Source: Salinivirgaceae bacterium (GTDB taxonomy: Bacteria > Bacteroidota > Bacteroidia > Bacteroidales > SZUA-534). Taken from it: 64,000 nt of DNA. The stretch lies in the NCBI GenBank assembly GCA_024405635.1, contig JAKSOL010000007.1:63981-127980 (forward strand), written 5' to 3'. Every line of letters starts with the position of its first letter. The first letter of the stretch is position 1. Both the position numbers and the translations under genes were made by a program. The notes under the pieces are model-generated. The model was given only the letters and a program-made list of their open reading frames with translations. It had not been told where the DNA came from and did not search any database. This document shows positions 50,743 through 62,233 of this stretch, in pieces.

Positions 50743-51801
50743 TTAAATGTAATCGCGGCGAATAATAAGACCTTTTTCCTCAAGTACTTTGGTAACACGT
50801 TTAATCATGTCAACCTTGTCTTTAAGAGGTAAGAATGCCGATTTGAAACCGTTGATAATCAAGTATTTTAATTCCGATTCAGTAAATCCAAATTTTTCAA
50901 TAACAAGCATATATTCATCGAGCAATGTAGTTCCCGAAACCAAACGGTTGTCGGTGTTGATGGTTACACGCAAACCAAGGTCGAAGTAGAACTTAACTGG
51001 GTGTTTTTCAATAGAATCGACTGCTTTTGTTTGCAGGTTTGAGGTTACACACATTTCAAGAGGAATGCGGTGATCGTTTACGTAGTTAAGCAAATCGCCA
51101 TCTTCGCGCAAACGGGTTCCGTGCCCAATGCGGTTTGCGCTTATAAGGTGCAGAGCTTGAGCAATCGATTCGGGACCATAAGCTTCGCCTGCGTGGGCTG
51201 TGGTGTTAATGTTGTTGTTTACAATAAGATTAAACGAGTCGCGGTGGTCTTTTGCAGGAAAACCGTCTTCGGCGCCTGCAAGGTCAAATCCAACTACTCC
51301 TTTGTTTTTATATGCAACAGCTAGTTCGGCAAGCAGTAACGATGTTTCGGGTGTGGTGTGGCGCAGTCCGCAAATAATTATGCCTACACGTGTTCCAAAA
51401 TCTTTTTCGGCACGTTTTTTTCCTTCAAGCACAGCATCAACCACTTCGGTTAATTTAAGTCCTTTGTTGGTATGCAAAATTGGCGAAAAGCGAATTTCTA
51501 AGTACCAAACATTTTCGGCTGCACAGTCTTCAACCAATTCGTAGGTAGCTCGTTCAAGCGACTCGTATGTTTGTAATACTGAACAAGTTATGTCAAAAGC
51601 TTTAAGATACTCTTCAAGACTAGTGCAGTTCATTCCAACCGATACATATTTGGTAAGTTCGGCTACGTCAAAACTTGGTAATTCAACGTTTTGTTGCTTA
51701 GCAAGATCAATAATAGTTTCAACACGCATCGAACCATCGAGGTGGCAATGCAGTTCGGCCTTGGGAAGGCTTTTTACAAATTCGCGAGTTAGTTCAATCA
51801 T
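50743..51801 (-). CDS. add: Adenosine deaminase
   Basis: PKAELHCHLDGS, DLAG.E, HAGE, RIGHG, INTDN. Confidence 0.95.
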   Translation of the reverse strand: MIELTREFVKSLPKAELHCHLDGSMRVETIIDLAKQQNVELPSFDVAELTKYVSVGMNCTSLEEYLKAFDITCSVLQTYESLERATYELVEDCAAENVWYLEIRFSPILHTNKGLKLTEVVDAVLEGKKRAEKDFGTRVGIIICGLRHTTPETSLLLAELAVAYKNKGVVGFDLAGAEDGFPAKDHRDSFNLIVNNNINTTAHAGEAYGPESIAQALHLISANRIGHGTRLREDGDLLNYVNDHRIPLEMCVTSNLQTKAVDSIEKHPVKFYFDLGLRVTINTDNRLVSGTTLLDEYMLVIEKFGFTESELKYLIINGFKSAFLPLKDKVDMIKRVTKVLEEKGLIIRRDYI

Positions 51802-51880
51802 AGTAGTAAAGTTTTGTGTTGTTAAAGACGTTTGCTGATGTTTAAATTATCGGTTTTTGCTGATTATAAACCACTTACTT

Positions 51881-52588
51881 TTAGTTAGCCAAAATGGCAA
51901 ATATTGTTGGTCGTTTGTGCAGTTCGGGTTTGCGTCGCGACCATTCTTTGGCGGTAAGGGTTAATATTTGTTCGGTTTCAAGTGTTATGTCAACTGCAAT
52001 ACACAAGCGAGTTTCGGGATGTAGGTTTTTCACAAAATCGTCAAACAGCGCCATGTTGCGGTATGGTGCCTCAATAAAAAGTTGTGTTTGCTGTTCAACT
52101 TGCGAGCGGTGCTCAAGTGCACGAATTGCTTTTACTCGTTCGTTTGGTTTAACTGGCAAATAACCATTAAAAGCAAAGTTTTGTCCGTTTAGTCCTGATG
52201 CCATCATTGCTAAAATGATTGACGATGGCCCAACTAATGGCACTACCCTAATGCCTTTGCGATGCGCCATTGCAACAACAGCGTTTCCAGGGTCGGCCAC
52301 AGCAGGAACGCCTGCCTCGCTCATTAGTCCAACACTTTCGCCTTTTGCACAAACATCTAAATAATCGCCAATTTGTGTAAGGTCGGTGTGCTCGTTAAGT
52401 TCAACAAACGAACTGTCATCAATTGGAAAACTAGAGTCTATTGCTCGCAAAAAGCGGCGAGCTGTGCGTGTGTTTTCAACCACAAAGTGGCGTAGTTGGC
52501 TTGCTATGCCCAAAACCTTTACAGGCAACACATTGCGAGCGTCTTCGTCGCCCAATGTTGTGGGTATTAAATACAGATTTCCTGCCAT
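51881..52588 (-). CDS. RsmI-like tetrapyrrole-family SAM methyltransferase
   Basis: LYLIP..LG, SEAG.P.VADPG, PLVGPSS, F.F.GYLP, FIEAPYRN. Confidence 0.88.
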   Translation of the reverse strand: MAGNLYLIPTTLGDEDARNVLPVKVLGIASQLRHFVVENTRTARRFLRAIDSSFPIDDSSFVELNEHTDLTQIGDYLDVCAKGESVGLMSEAGVPAVADPGNAVVAMAHRKGIRVVPLVGPSSIILAMMASGLNGQNFAFNGYLPVKPNERVKAIRALEHRSQVEQQTQLFIEAPYRNMALFDDFVKNLHPETRLCIAVDITLETEQILTLTAKEWSRRKPELHKRPTIFAILAN

Positions 52589-52681
52589 TGTTTTAAAGTT
52601 TATTAATTGTAAAGTTAAGCAAAATGACGGCTCGCAGCTAATGCTTTTTGCTTACTTTGTTGGCAAAAATCAATCAGCTAT

Positions 52682-53443
52682 ATGCAAATAAAGTTTTTAG
52701 GAACTGGAGGCTCGCATGGCATACCCAACATTGGTTGCCAATGTGCTGTGTGTCAGTCAACTGATGCTCGCGACAAACGTTTGCGCAGTTCGGTTTTTAT
52801 TGAAACCAATGGCGTACGGTTTTTAATTGACCCTGGTCCCGATTTGCGTACACAAGCTTTGCATAACAACATTACGGCTGTTGATGCGGTGCTTGTTACT
52901 CACGAGCACAAAGATCATACGGCGGGCATTGACGATATTCGCTCGTTTAACTATTTGATGAAGAGCAAGATACCTTTTTACGCTCAACAACGTGTAACCA
53001 AAACCATTGCAACCGAATATGCTTACGCTTTTGCTGAACCTCATTATCCTGGTGCTCCCGAAATCGATTTGCATACAATAGGCTCGCAAGTGTTTGATGT
53101 TAAAGGTGTTAGCATTGTTCCTGTTGAAGTCCTCCATGGTTCATTACCTACTACAGGCTTCCGCATTGGTAACTTTGCTTATATAACCGATGCTAAAATA
53201 ATTCCACATGAATCGATGCTTAAATTACACAACCTTGATGTGTTAGTAATCAACGCATTACGAACCGAAGAACACCGCGCTCATTTGAATTTAACTGAGG
53301 CCTTGGACATTATTCAACAGTTGCAACCACGTTGTGCTTATCTTACTCACATGAGCCATCGGTTGCCTTGCCATTCTGAATTAGAACGTATTTTACCGTC
53401 TAACGTACGTCCTGCTTTTGATGGTTTAGTTATTGATTTGTAA
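52682..53443 (+). CDS. MBL-fold metallohydrolase (PhnP-like)
   Basis: FLGTG.S.GIP...C.C..C, THEH.DH, YITD, THMSH. Confidence 0.92.
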   Translation: MQIKFLGTGGSHGIPNIGCQCAVCQSTDARDKRLRSSVFIETNGVRFLIDPGPDLRTQALHNNITAVDAVLVTHEHKDHTAGIDDIRSFNYLMKSKIPFYAQQRVTKTIATEYAYAFAEPHYPGAPEIDLHTIGSQVFDVKGVSIVPVEVLHGSLPTTGFRIGNFAYITDAKIIPHESMLKLHNLDVLVINALRTEEHRAHLNLTEALDIIQQLQPRCAYLTHMSHRLPCHSELERILPSNVRPAFDGLVIDL

Positions 53444-53464
53444 AATTCACAAAAACACATTTAT

Positions 53465-54583
53465 ATGAATAAACTACTGTTTTCCATTGGATTAGCTTGC
53501 GCATCGCTTGTTGCAACAGGCCAAAACTACATCATTCCTTCAACCAACATCAACCAGAAAGGGTTTCCTCACATTTTGCCCGATTTGAGTGTAGAATTTG
53601 AGGTAAAGGCACCTGAGGCAAATTTGGTTCAAATTGACATTTGCGGAACAAAATATGCGCTTACACGAGGCGAAAATGGCGTTTGGAAAGGCGCAACCGC
53701 TCCTCAAGTTCCTGGTTTTCATTACTATAACCTTGTTGTTGATGGTGTTGGTGTTGCCGATCCTGCAAGCGAAAGTTTTTATGGTTGTGGCCGAATGATG
53801 AGCGCTATTGATATTCCAGAACCTAACTGCGACGATTTTGAGATTGCCAACGTGCCACACGGACAAGTTCGCGAGTTGCATTATTTTTCAAATGTTACAA
53901 ACTCGTGGCGCCCACTATTTGTTTACACACCAGCTAGTTACGAAACCGGAAATAAAACATATCCTGTTATTTACATTCATCACGGAGGTGGCGAGGATCA
54001 CCGCGGTTGGGTTGAGCAAGGTCGCACAGCTAACATTATGGACAACCTAATTGCGGCTGGTAAAGCTACTGAAGCTATTGTGGTTAGCGTAAATAGCAAC
54101 GTGCCCAGTAAAGGTGGCTATTCGCAAGAAGGAATGGCAAGCTATTCTAAAGAGTTGATTGATAACGTTATACCATTTGTTGAAAAAACATTTCGCACAA
54201 AAAACGATGCAGCTAGTCGTGCTATGTGTGGCTTGAGCATGGGTGGTGGTCAAACCTTTTACATTGGTTTGGTTCACCCCGAATTGTTCCGCAGCATTGG
54301 TATTTTTAGTTCTGGCATTTTTGGAGGAATTGCCGAAGCCCCACTCGATTTGGAAAAAGAAGTGCCGGGAATGATTAGCGCAACAAAGAAATTTAATAAA
54401 GGACTTGATGTATTTTACATTTCGTGCGGCGAGCAAGATCTTCGCATTAGCCACACAAAAAAATATACCGATAAGATGAAAAACGCTGGTGTAAATGTGT
54501 ACTTCAACTCATTTGCTGGCGATCATGAGTGGCAAGTTTGGCGAAAATCGTTCCATGAGTTTGCTCAAATGCTGTTCAAGTAA
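53465..54583 (+). CDS. CE1-type esterase with N-terminal CBM48-like domain
   Basis: HGGGED, GLSMGG nucleophile elbow, HEWQVWR. Confidence 0.9.
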   Translation: MNKLLFSIGLACASLVATGQNYIIPSTNINQKGFPHILPDLSVEFEVKAPEANLVQIDICGTKYALTRGENGVWKGATAPQVPGFHYYNLVVDGVGVADPASESFYGCGRMMSAIDIPEPNCDDFEIANVPHGQVRELHYFSNVTNSWRPLFVYTPASYETGNKTYPVIYIHHGGGEDHRGWVEQGRTANIMDNLIAAGKATEAIVVSVNSNVPSKGGYSQEGMASYSKELIDNVIPFVEKTFRTKNDAASRAMCGLSMGGGQTFYIGLVHPELFRSIGIFSSGIFGGIAEAPLDLEKEVPGMISATKKFNKGLDVFYISCGEQDLRISHTKKYTDKMKNAGVNVYFNSFAGDHEWQVWRKSFHEFAQMLFK

Positions 54584-54718
54584 TTGATTGATTTTTAGCA
54601 ATAAAAGGCTCATACTTGCACAAGTGTGGGCCTTTTTTTGTGAGTTGATAAAATCAAAAAAAGAGCAAAGAATCCAAGTTCCTTGCTCTTTTATTTTTAA
54701 GTTATAATTGACTTGCAA

Positions 54719-56908
54719 CTATCTGATAAACATCAACTCGCGATATTTTGGCAATGGCCACAAAGCATTGTCAACCACCTCTTCAAGTTTGTCAATGTGA
54801 TAGCGAATTGCCTCCATTTTGGGAACTACAGTGTTGTAGTAAGCCAAAGCTTTTTCGTACTCGCTGTTTAATCGATTTGCTACTTTTCGAGCATCGGTAA
54901 GTTCTGTTACACCAACTTCAATTTGGTGAACACAGTTGGCAATTTTCTTAATCAACTCAATGTTGCTAGCCGAAAGTTTTTCGCCTTCGTCGCCAAGAAT
55001 AGCTTTCATTTTGTACACATTGTCAACCAATTGGCTTTGGTAAGCTGTAGCAACAGGAATAATGTGATTTATTGCCATATCGCCAAAAATGCGAGCCTCA
55101 ATTTGCACTTTTTTAGTGTAAATCTCCCATTTAATCTCGTTGCGCGCTTCAAGTTCGGCTTTGGTCATTACACCAACGCTTTCAAACATCGATACAGTTT
55201 CGTCTTTAGTGTAGTATTTAAACACTTCAGGTGCGCATGTTTGGCAGTCTAATCCACGTTTTGCAGCTTCAGCTTTCCACTCTTCGGAATAACCGTTGCC
55301 ATCAAAGCGAACAGGTTTGCAGAATTTAATCAAGCGTTGAACTTCTTTAATGATAGCCTCTTTTTTGTCCATTCCGCTTGCAATAAGTGCGTCAACTTCT
55401 TTTTTGAACATTACAAGTTGTTCGGCAACAATTGAGTTAATGGCAATCATTGCGCTAGCGCAGTTTGCCTCTGAACCAACTGCACGGAACTCAAAACGGT
55501 TGCCTGTGAATGCAAATGGCGATGTGCGGTTGCGGTCGGTGTTGTCGATAAGCAATTCTGGAATTTGAGGCATGTCAAGCATTTTTTTGCCTGCTTTGCC
55601 TGCAATTTTGAAAAGGTCGTCACTCGATGAGTTTTCAAGTGAGTCGAGCAAATCGGATAATTGTTTGCCTAGGAAACTTGAGATGATTGCCGGTGGAGCC
55701 TCGTTGCCGCCCAAACGGTGTGCGTTGGTTGCACTCATGATGCTGGCTTTTAGCAATCCGTTGTGACGATAAACGGCAGCCAAAGTGTTAACCACAAATG
55801 TTACAAACATTAGGTTTTCCTCGGTTGTTTTTCCGGGCGACATTAGGCGGTGACCATTGTCGGTACCCAACGACCAGTTGTTGTGTTTGCCGCTACCATT
55901 TACTCCTGCAAATGGTTTTTCGTGCAACAAGCAACGGAATCCGTGTTTGCGGGCAATTTTCTTCATCAAGGTCATTACCAACATGTTATGGTCGCAAGCA
56001 AGGTTGGTTTCTTCAAAAATTGGAGCCAACTCAAATTGGTTTGGTGCAACCTCGTTGTGACGTGTTTTGGCAGGAATACCAAGTTTCATTGCCTCTACTT
56101 CAAGGTCTTTCATAAAGGCTTGCACGCGCTCTGGAATGGCGCCAAAGTAGTGGTCTTCAAGTTGTTGGTCTTTTGCTGAGCCGTGTCCCATAAGAGTACG
56201 GCCGCTCATTAGCAAGTCGGGACGAGCGGCATACAAACCTTCGTCAACCAAAAAGTATTCTTGCTCCCAACCAAGGTACGAGTAAACTTTTTTAACAGCT
56301 GAATCGAAGTAGTGGCAAACATCAACAGCAGCTTTGTCAACAGCATGAATGGCTTTGAGCAAAGGCGCTTTGTAGTCGAGCGATTCGCCTGTGTACGAAA
56401 TAAAAATGGTAGGAATACACAAAGTGTCGTCCATAACAAAAGCTGGCGAAGTTGGGTCCCATGCACTATAGCCGCGGGCCTCAAATGTTGCGCGTATGCC
56501 GCCATTTGGGAACGAACTGGCATCGGGTTCTTGTTGGGCAAGCAGTTTGCCTTCAAATTCTTCAATAATTCCACCTTTGCCGTTATGCTCAATAAAAGCA
56601 TCGTGTTTTTCGGCTGTGGTGTCGGTCAATGGGTGGAACCAGTGTGTGTAGTGGGTTGCGCCCAACTCCATTGCCCAGCGTTTCATTCCATCGGCAACAA
56701 TATCGGCCATCGATCGCTCCATTGTTGCGCCATTTTCCATAATGTCCACCATTTTTCGGTAAACATCGCCTGGAAGATATTTGAACATGCTTGCTTTGTT
56801 AAAAACATTCACGCCGTAGTATTCTTCGGGGCGTTTTGTTGGCATTACCACATCAAGCGGTTGCTTTTTAAAAGCCTCGCCTATTACTTGAAATCGTAAA
56901 CTTGACAT
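54719..56908 (-). CDS. glnA: Glutamine synthetase type III
   Basis: 729 aa; THYTHWF.P, EPDASSFP.GG, HNEVAP.QFE, HEKPF.GVNGSGKH, DRNRTSPFAFTGN. Confidence 0.96.
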   Translation of the reverse strand: MSSLRFQVIGEAFKKQPLDVVMPTKRPEEYYGVNVFNKASMFKYLPGDVYRKMVDIMENGATMERSMADIVADGMKRWAMELGATHYTHWFHPLTDTTAEKHDAFIEHNGKGGIIEEFEGKLLAQQEPDASSFPNGGIRATFEARGYSAWDPTSPAFVMDDTLCIPTIFISYTGESLDYKAPLLKAIHAVDKAAVDVCHYFDSAVKKVYSYLGWEQEYFLVDEGLYAARPDLLMSGRTLMGHGSAKDQQLEDHYFGAIPERVQAFMKDLEVEAMKLGIPAKTRHNEVAPNQFELAPIFEETNLACDHNMLVMTLMKKIARKHGFRCLLHEKPFAGVNGSGKHNNWSLGTDNGHRLMSPGKTTEENLMFVTFVVNTLAAVYRHNGLLKASIMSATNAHRLGGNEAPPAIISSFLGKQLSDLLDSLENSSSDDLFKIAGKAGKKMLDMPQIPELLIDNTDRNRTSPFAFTGNRFEFRAVGSEANCASAMIAINSIVAEQLVMFKKEVDALIASGMDKKEAIIKEVQRLIKFCKPVRFDGNGYSEEWKAEAAKRGLDCQTCAPEVFKYYTKDETVSMFESVGVMTKAELEARNEIKWEIYTKKVQIEARIFGDMAINHIIPVATAYQSQLVDNVYKMKAILGDEGEKLSASNIELIKKIANCVHQIEVGVTELTDARKVANRLNSEYEKALAYYNTVVPKMEAIRYHIDKLEEVVDNALWPLPKYRELMFIR

Positions 56909-57245
56909 AATTTTATACCGTTCTTTTTAATTATCAGACAGTTAAATACATTTCATCGTTGCAAAGGTAATTAATATACTGAACCAACTGCTTTGTAGTG
57001 ATTAAAGTGAGGTTAAAACTTTGTACAATGCCGAAAATGCATGAAAAAAGCCCATGTTTGTGGCATAGGCTTGAGAGTATTGTGGTTATTTGTTGAATAT
57101 GTTTTTTACAAGTCTTTTATCAAATTCAAATAGTCTGATTTGGTATAACTTTCATCAACTTGGCGGTTTTTATAAACCAAGCAGTTTTTGTAGTAGTTTG
57201 AAAGCAAAATGAAAAAATCACTCTCCTTCTCTACTCAATAAGAAT

Positions 57246-59747
57246 CTAACTTTTAGGTTTCTTTATTCCACGAGTTGCTTTTTCGGCAAACGGATCGTCG
57301 GGCCAAACGTGTTTTGGGTAACGGGTTCGTAATTCTTTACGGACTTCGAAATATGCATTTTGCCAAAAGCTAGCCAAATCTTGAGTTACTTGAACAGGTT
57401 TGAAACCGGGCGATAGCAAGTGCATTAGTACTTTTTGTTTGCCGTTGCACACTGTTGGCGTTTCAGTTAATCCGAAACACTCTTGCAAGCGAACTGCCAA
57501 AATTGGAGTGCTGCCGTTTGGCTGATATTCAAGTTTGATGCGCGAACCACTTGGCACTGCAATGTGCGATGGAACCATGCTGTCAATTTGCTGTTGTTGT
57601 TCAAATGTTAGCATGTATTTAATGGCATCGGCAAGGTTTATTCGTTCCAAATCGCTTTCGGTTAATGCTTTGCCTAAATAAGGTTGCAACCATTTGCGAG
57701 CAGTTTTGCATAGTTCACAGGCGCTAACGTTGGGCAAGTTTAGTTCAGGAGCCCACATGCGTAGCGATTGTATTCTGTTTTGTAGTTGAATAACATCGTC
57801 GGTCCAGTTGAGAATGTTTTCGCCATCGCGCTCAATGGCTCGCAAAATAACGTCGTCAATTTTTTCGCGGCTAACGTTCTGAATGGGTTTTGCGGCCAAA
57901 ACTAAACGACCAATGCGCATTTCGTGTTGCATAATTACTTGTCCGCGCTTTGAGTCCCACGACACGTTGTCGCGTTCCACAATCATTTGTCGAAGGTCGG
58001 TTGGGTCAAGCGGAGCAGCTAAAAAAATCTTGCCTTTGCCATCGCGAGCATCCATGTGTGCAATGGCTAACCAAGGTTCGTCGGCTAAACTATCGGTGTG
58101 CGATGTTTGAGCAAGGTTGCCGCCCGATAGCATAAACTGAGCGTTGTTACCAGCATGGGCCGAGGCGATGCGTTCGGGATAAGCTGCAGCTATTAAAAAT
58201 CCAGCTCGATAGGTGTCTGCGGCCGAGTTATCGGGTTCAATTTTGAGTAACGAACGGTATTGAGCAGCAATTTTTTCGATGCGGTCAAGTGGTTTGTTAT
58301 GTCGATTGTCGGCGCGATTTCGGCGTAAAGCATCGATGCGCAGAGTTATGTCAATTCCCGTTTCGCGCGGCAAAGGGTCGCGTTCGTCAAGTAAGGCGGC
58401 AATGTCGGTTGCCAAAGCTTGTTCGTCGCTGTTGGCGGCGGTGAGTAGCATTTTTGCAATGCGAGGGTGCGTTGGTAGTTGGTTTATGCGTCGTCCAAAG
58501 TCGGTTATTGTTCCGTTTTCTTCGTTAATGGCTCCAAGCATTTCAAGTAGTTCTTTGGCCTGAAAAACGTGTCCGCGTGGAGGTGGACAAAGCCAAACTA
58601 GTCGGTTGGCATCGGTTTCGCCCCAAGCGGCAAGGTCAAGAACAAGTTGCGACAGGTCGGCATTGAGAATTTCGGGTTCGCGGTTGGCTGCCATTTTGTG
58701 TTCGGTTGCAGTTGACCATAATCTGTAACAAACGCCATGACAAAGGCGCCCAGCACGTCCAGCACGTTGGTTTGCCATGTCGAGCGATATGCGCACGGTT
58801 TCGAGTCGCGATAATCCGCTGTTTGGGTCAAAACGTAGTTGGCGACACAATCCGCTGTCAACAACCACACGCACACCTTCAATAGTGAGCGATGTTTCGG
58901 CAATAGGAGTTGAAAGAACCACTTTTCGGCGGCCTTGTTTGTCGGGCAATATGGCGGCACGTTGTTTGGCTTGTGGCAGCATACCATAAAGTGGCATAAC
59001 CAACGTTTGTCCAAGCGACGAACCTAGCAATTCGCGGCATTGGTTTATTTCGGCCTCGCCAGGTAGAAAGGCTAAAATGTCGCCCGTTTCGGTTTTATGA
59101 GCTTCGCGTATTACGTGGGCTACAACGGCGGCGGCTGTTTGTGCATCGCACTCGTTTGAGTGCCGTATGTCAACCGGAAACATTTTGCCTTTGCTTTCAA
59201 TTACTGGTGCACCGCCAAGCATTTGCGCAAGGTGGGTTGTGTCAATGGTTGCCGACATTATCACAATCTTCAAGTCGGGACGCAAAATTTGTTGGCATTC
59301 GCGACAAAGAGCAAGCGCAACATCGGCAAACAAACTGCGCTCGTGGAACTCGTCAAACACTACCATTCCAACTCTGTCTAAAGTGTTGTCGGATTGCAAC
59401 ATACGTGTTAATATGCCCTCGGTTAGCACTTCGATGCGAGTGTTGGCCGACACTTTATTGTCGAACCTAACGCGATATCCCACTTCTGCCCCAACCTCGC
59501 AGCCAATCATTTCGCTCATGCGCTCGGCTATTTGTCGGGCAGCTAACCTGCGTGGTTCAAGCATCAGAATTTTCTGATTTTCTGCCACGGCGTTAAGCAT
59601 AGTAAGCGGCAAAAGCGTACTCTTGCCAGCACCTGGAGGCGCAGTTATTATTAGTGTGCTGTTTTGTTGCAAAGTTGAATTAACCAAATTGGCAATTTCG
59701 CTAGCTGGCAATTGGTTAAAATATTGTTGTGGTACGTTTATCGACAT
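57246..59747 (-). CDS. hrpB: ATP-dependent helicase HrpB
   Basis: APPGAGKST, DEFHER, MSAT, QRAGRAGR, C-terminal LAVRLQE.FG...YPKH.WP. Confidence 0.96.
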   Translation of the reverse strand: MSINVPQQYFNQLPASEIANLVNSTLQQNSTLIITAPPGAGKSTLLPLTMLNAVAENQKILMLEPRRLAARQIAERMSEMIGCEVGAEVGYRVRFDNKVSANTRIEVLTEGILTRMLQSDNTLDRVGMVVFDEFHERSLFADVALALCRECQQILRPDLKIVIMSATIDTTHLAQMLGGAPVIESKGKMFPVDIRHSNECDAQTAAAVVAHVIREAHKTETGDILAFLPGEAEINQCRELLGSSLGQTLVMPLYGMLPQAKQRAAILPDKQGRRKVVLSTPIAETSLTIEGVRVVVDSGLCRQLRFDPNSGLSRLETVRISLDMANQRAGRAGRLCHGVCYRLWSTATEHKMAANREPEILNADLSQLVLDLAAWGETDANRLVWLCPPPRGHVFQAKELLEMLGAINEENGTITDFGRRINQLPTHPRIAKMLLTAANSDEQALATDIAALLDERDPLPRETGIDITLRIDALRRNRADNRHNKPLDRIEKIAAQYRSLLKIEPDNSAADTYRAGFLIAAAYPERIASAHAGNNAQFMLSGGNLAQTSHTDSLADEPWLAIAHMDARDGKGKIFLAAPLDPTDLRQMIVERDNVSWDSKRGQVIMQHEMRIGRLVLAAKPIQNVSREKIDDVILRAIERDGENILNWTDDVIQLQNRIQSLRMWAPELNLPNVSACELCKTARKWLQPYLGKALTESDLERINLADAIKYMLTFEQQQQIDSMVPSHIAVPSGSRIKLEYQPNGSTPILAVRLQECFGLTETPTVCNGKQKVLMHLLSPGFKPVQVTQDLASFWQNAYFEVRKELRTRYPKHVWPDDPFAEKATRGIKKPKS

Positions 59748-59993
59748 TGTTTTGCGTCAAAAAAATTGATTGCAAAGTTAGGTAGTAAATTGCCATGGCT
59801 GACAAAGGTTTGTTTTTTTGATTTTGGTGTTTGTGTATAATACTGATTATCAGATATATGTAATACTGTTTGCAAATTGATTGTCGGCATTGTTTTTTAT
59901 CGAAAAATATTTGCTCTAAAATGTGGGGTTGAACTCAAAATTTGGACTTATTTTGCGCCTCCTATTAAAAACGAATTGTTGTAAAAATTTGAG

Positions 59994-61412
59994 ATGAAAA
60001 ACACGTATTTCAATCTGGTAGAACAGAGTTATTATTTCCCACAAGAGGGATTCGACATCAGAGACGGCAACTTGTGCTTTCACGGCGTGTCGCTTAAATA
60101 TCTAATTGAAAAATACGGAACACCTTTCAAACTTTTCTATCTGCCACGTATTGGCGAGCAGATAAAAAAGGCGCGCAACTTGTTTAATCGTGCTATCAAT
60201 GCAAACCACTACAATGGCAAGTATCAATACTGCTATTGCACCAAGTGTTGCCACTTTCACCATGTGATTGGCGCTGCACTTAAGCACAATGTGAACCTTG
60301 AAACAAGTTCGGCTTTCGACATCGATTTGCTTGAAAAACTATACCACAAAGGTGAGTTGGACAAATCGCGCATCATTATTCACAACGGATACAAAACCGA
60401 CGACTACATTAAAAAGATTATGCACTTGCAAGAACTTGGTTTTGTAAACAGCATAATCATTCTTGATTCGCCACGTGAATTGAGCCGAATTTTAAAACTA
60501 TCGGGCGACCGCCAAATTAAAGTTGGTTTGCGTATGGCTATTGACGAGGAGCCTCAAAGCGCTTACTATACCTCGCGTTTGGGTATGCGTCATACCGAGA
60601 TAATGGATTATTACAAGAAAAAAATAAAAGGCAACCCAAATGTTGAGCTTAAAATGCTTCACTTTTTTGTCGATTCGGGCATAAAAGACAGCCTTTACTA
60701 TTGGGGCGAGTTCAACAAAGCCGTTAAAATTTATACCGAACTTAAAGCCGAATGCGAAACAATTGACTCGTTGAACCTTGGTGGCGGTTTCCCTATTCGC
60801 AACCACTTGGGTTTTGAGTACGATTACGAGTACATGATTCGCGAAATTGTGCGCAACATTAAAGATGCGTGTGTTAACGCAAATGTTGACGAGCCAAACA
60901 TCTTTACCGAGTTTGGTAAATACACTGTGGGCGAAAGCGGTGCTATTATTTTTGAGGTTATTGACCAAAAACAACAGAACGACAAAGAGTTGTGGTACAT
61001 TATAAACAACAGTTTGATGAACACCATTCCCGATGCTTGGTCAATTTACGAGAAGTTTATTTTGTTGCCAGTAAACAAATGGGAGAACGAGTATGCACGT
61101 GTTAACATTGGTGGCATTAGTTGCGACCATTCCGACTATTACAACTCCGAAGACTTGAACCAAGAAATTTTGTTACCAACCTTTGACGATAAAGACAAAG
61201 AGCCTCTTTATCTTGGTTTCTTCCACACAGGAGCTTATCAAGACTCAATAAGCGGTTACGGAGGCATTAAACACTGCCTTATCCCTGCTCCAAAGCACGT
61301 TATTGTTGACCGCGACGAAAAAGGAAACTTTATTGATTACGTTTATCGTAACGAACAGTCGGTTAACGAAATGCTTAACATTCTTGGTTACAACGATCAA
61401 CCTAACGAATGA
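59994..61412 (+). CDS. Orn/DAP/Arg (type III PLP) decarboxylase, probably arginine decarboxylase
   Basis: YCTK, GYKT, SRLG, LHFF, LGGG, EFGK, SCDHSD, HTGAYQ. Confidence 0.8.
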   Translation: MKNTYFNLVEQSYYFPQEGFDIRDGNLCFHGVSLKYLIEKYGTPFKLFYLPRIGEQIKKARNLFNRAINANHYNGKYQYCYCTKCCHFHHVIGAALKHNVNLETSSAFDIDLLEKLYHKGELDKSRIIIHNGYKTDDYIKKIMHLQELGFVNSIIILDSPRELSRILKLSGDRQIKVGLRMAIDEEPQSAYYTSRLGMRHTEIMDYYKKKIKGNPNVELKMLHFFVDSGIKDSLYYWGEFNKAVKIYTELKAECETIDSLNLGGGFPIRNHLGFEYDYEYMIREIVRNIKDACVNANVDEPNIFTEFGKYTVGESGAIIFEVIDQKQQNDKELWYIINNSLMNTIPDAWSIYEKFILLPVNKWENEYARVNIGGISCDHSDYYNSEDLNQEILLPTFDDKDKEPLYLGFFHTGAYQDSISGYGGIKHCLIPAPKHVIVDRDEKGNFIDYVYRNEQSVNEMLNILGYNDQPNE

Positions 61413-61564
61413 ATCGACAAATAACTATAAATCAGCAACATGCAATAAAGCCTCGAAAAACATCGAGGCTTTATTTTTGTCGGTTTGTCAAAAAAAACAT
61501 TGCTAACAAACTGACGTATAGAATAATTTACAATCTTTCAAGTGTTTTAAAAAGCGAATTGAAA

Positions 61565-62062
61565 ATGAAAAAGTTATCTACCCTATTGTTTGCGCTGATG
61601 CTTTCGATAAACTTGTTTGCACAACAAGGAAAACAAGCTCCAGATTTTACACAAGAATCACTATCGGGCGAAAGTATTTCGTTGTCGCAGTTTCGCGGTC
61701 AAGTAGTATTAATCGACTTTTGGGCATCGTGGTGCGGCCCATGCCGACGCGAGAATCCAAACCTTGTTGCTACCTACAACAAATACAAAGACAAAAAGTT
61801 TAAGTCGATAAATGCACGCGGATTTGTTGTGTTGAGTGTGTCGCTTGATGTGAACCGCGAGGCTTGGGAAAAAGCAGTTAAAGAAGACAAACTAGTTTGG
61901 TCAACACACGTTAGCGACCTTAAAGGCTGGAAAAACGATGTGGCAGTGCTTTACAAAATTAAAAGCGTGCCAAGCAACGTGCTGGTAGATGGCGAAGGAA
62001 AAATTGTTGGAGTGAACCTACGTGGCGAGGCTCTTGAAAAAGCACTTAAAAAGTTGAAATAG
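61565..62062 (+). CDS. TlpA-family disulfide reductase
   Basis: Signal peptide; IDFWASWCGPCR; start set at MKKL. Confidence 0.92.
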   Translation: MKKLSTLLFALMLSINLFAQQGKQAPDFTQESLSGESISLSQFRGQVVLIDFWASWCGPCRRENPNLVATYNKYKDKKFKSINARGFVVLSVSLDVNREAWEKAVKEDKLVWSTHVSDLKGWKNDVAVLYKIKSVPSNVLVDGEGKIVGVNLRGEALEKALKKLK

Positions 62063-62233
62063 AGGATTTTGAAATTAGGTAATACTAAAGGCTAACTCCG
62101 TTTTGAGTTGGCCTTTTTTTGTTGTAGTAGTATGGTCTATATAATTGTGCGTACTTGTTGTGATATTAAACCGCCAACAACCTCAATTTTGCTTGGTTGC
62201 TGGCGGTTAAGTTTTAATGCAATGTTGGGTGGG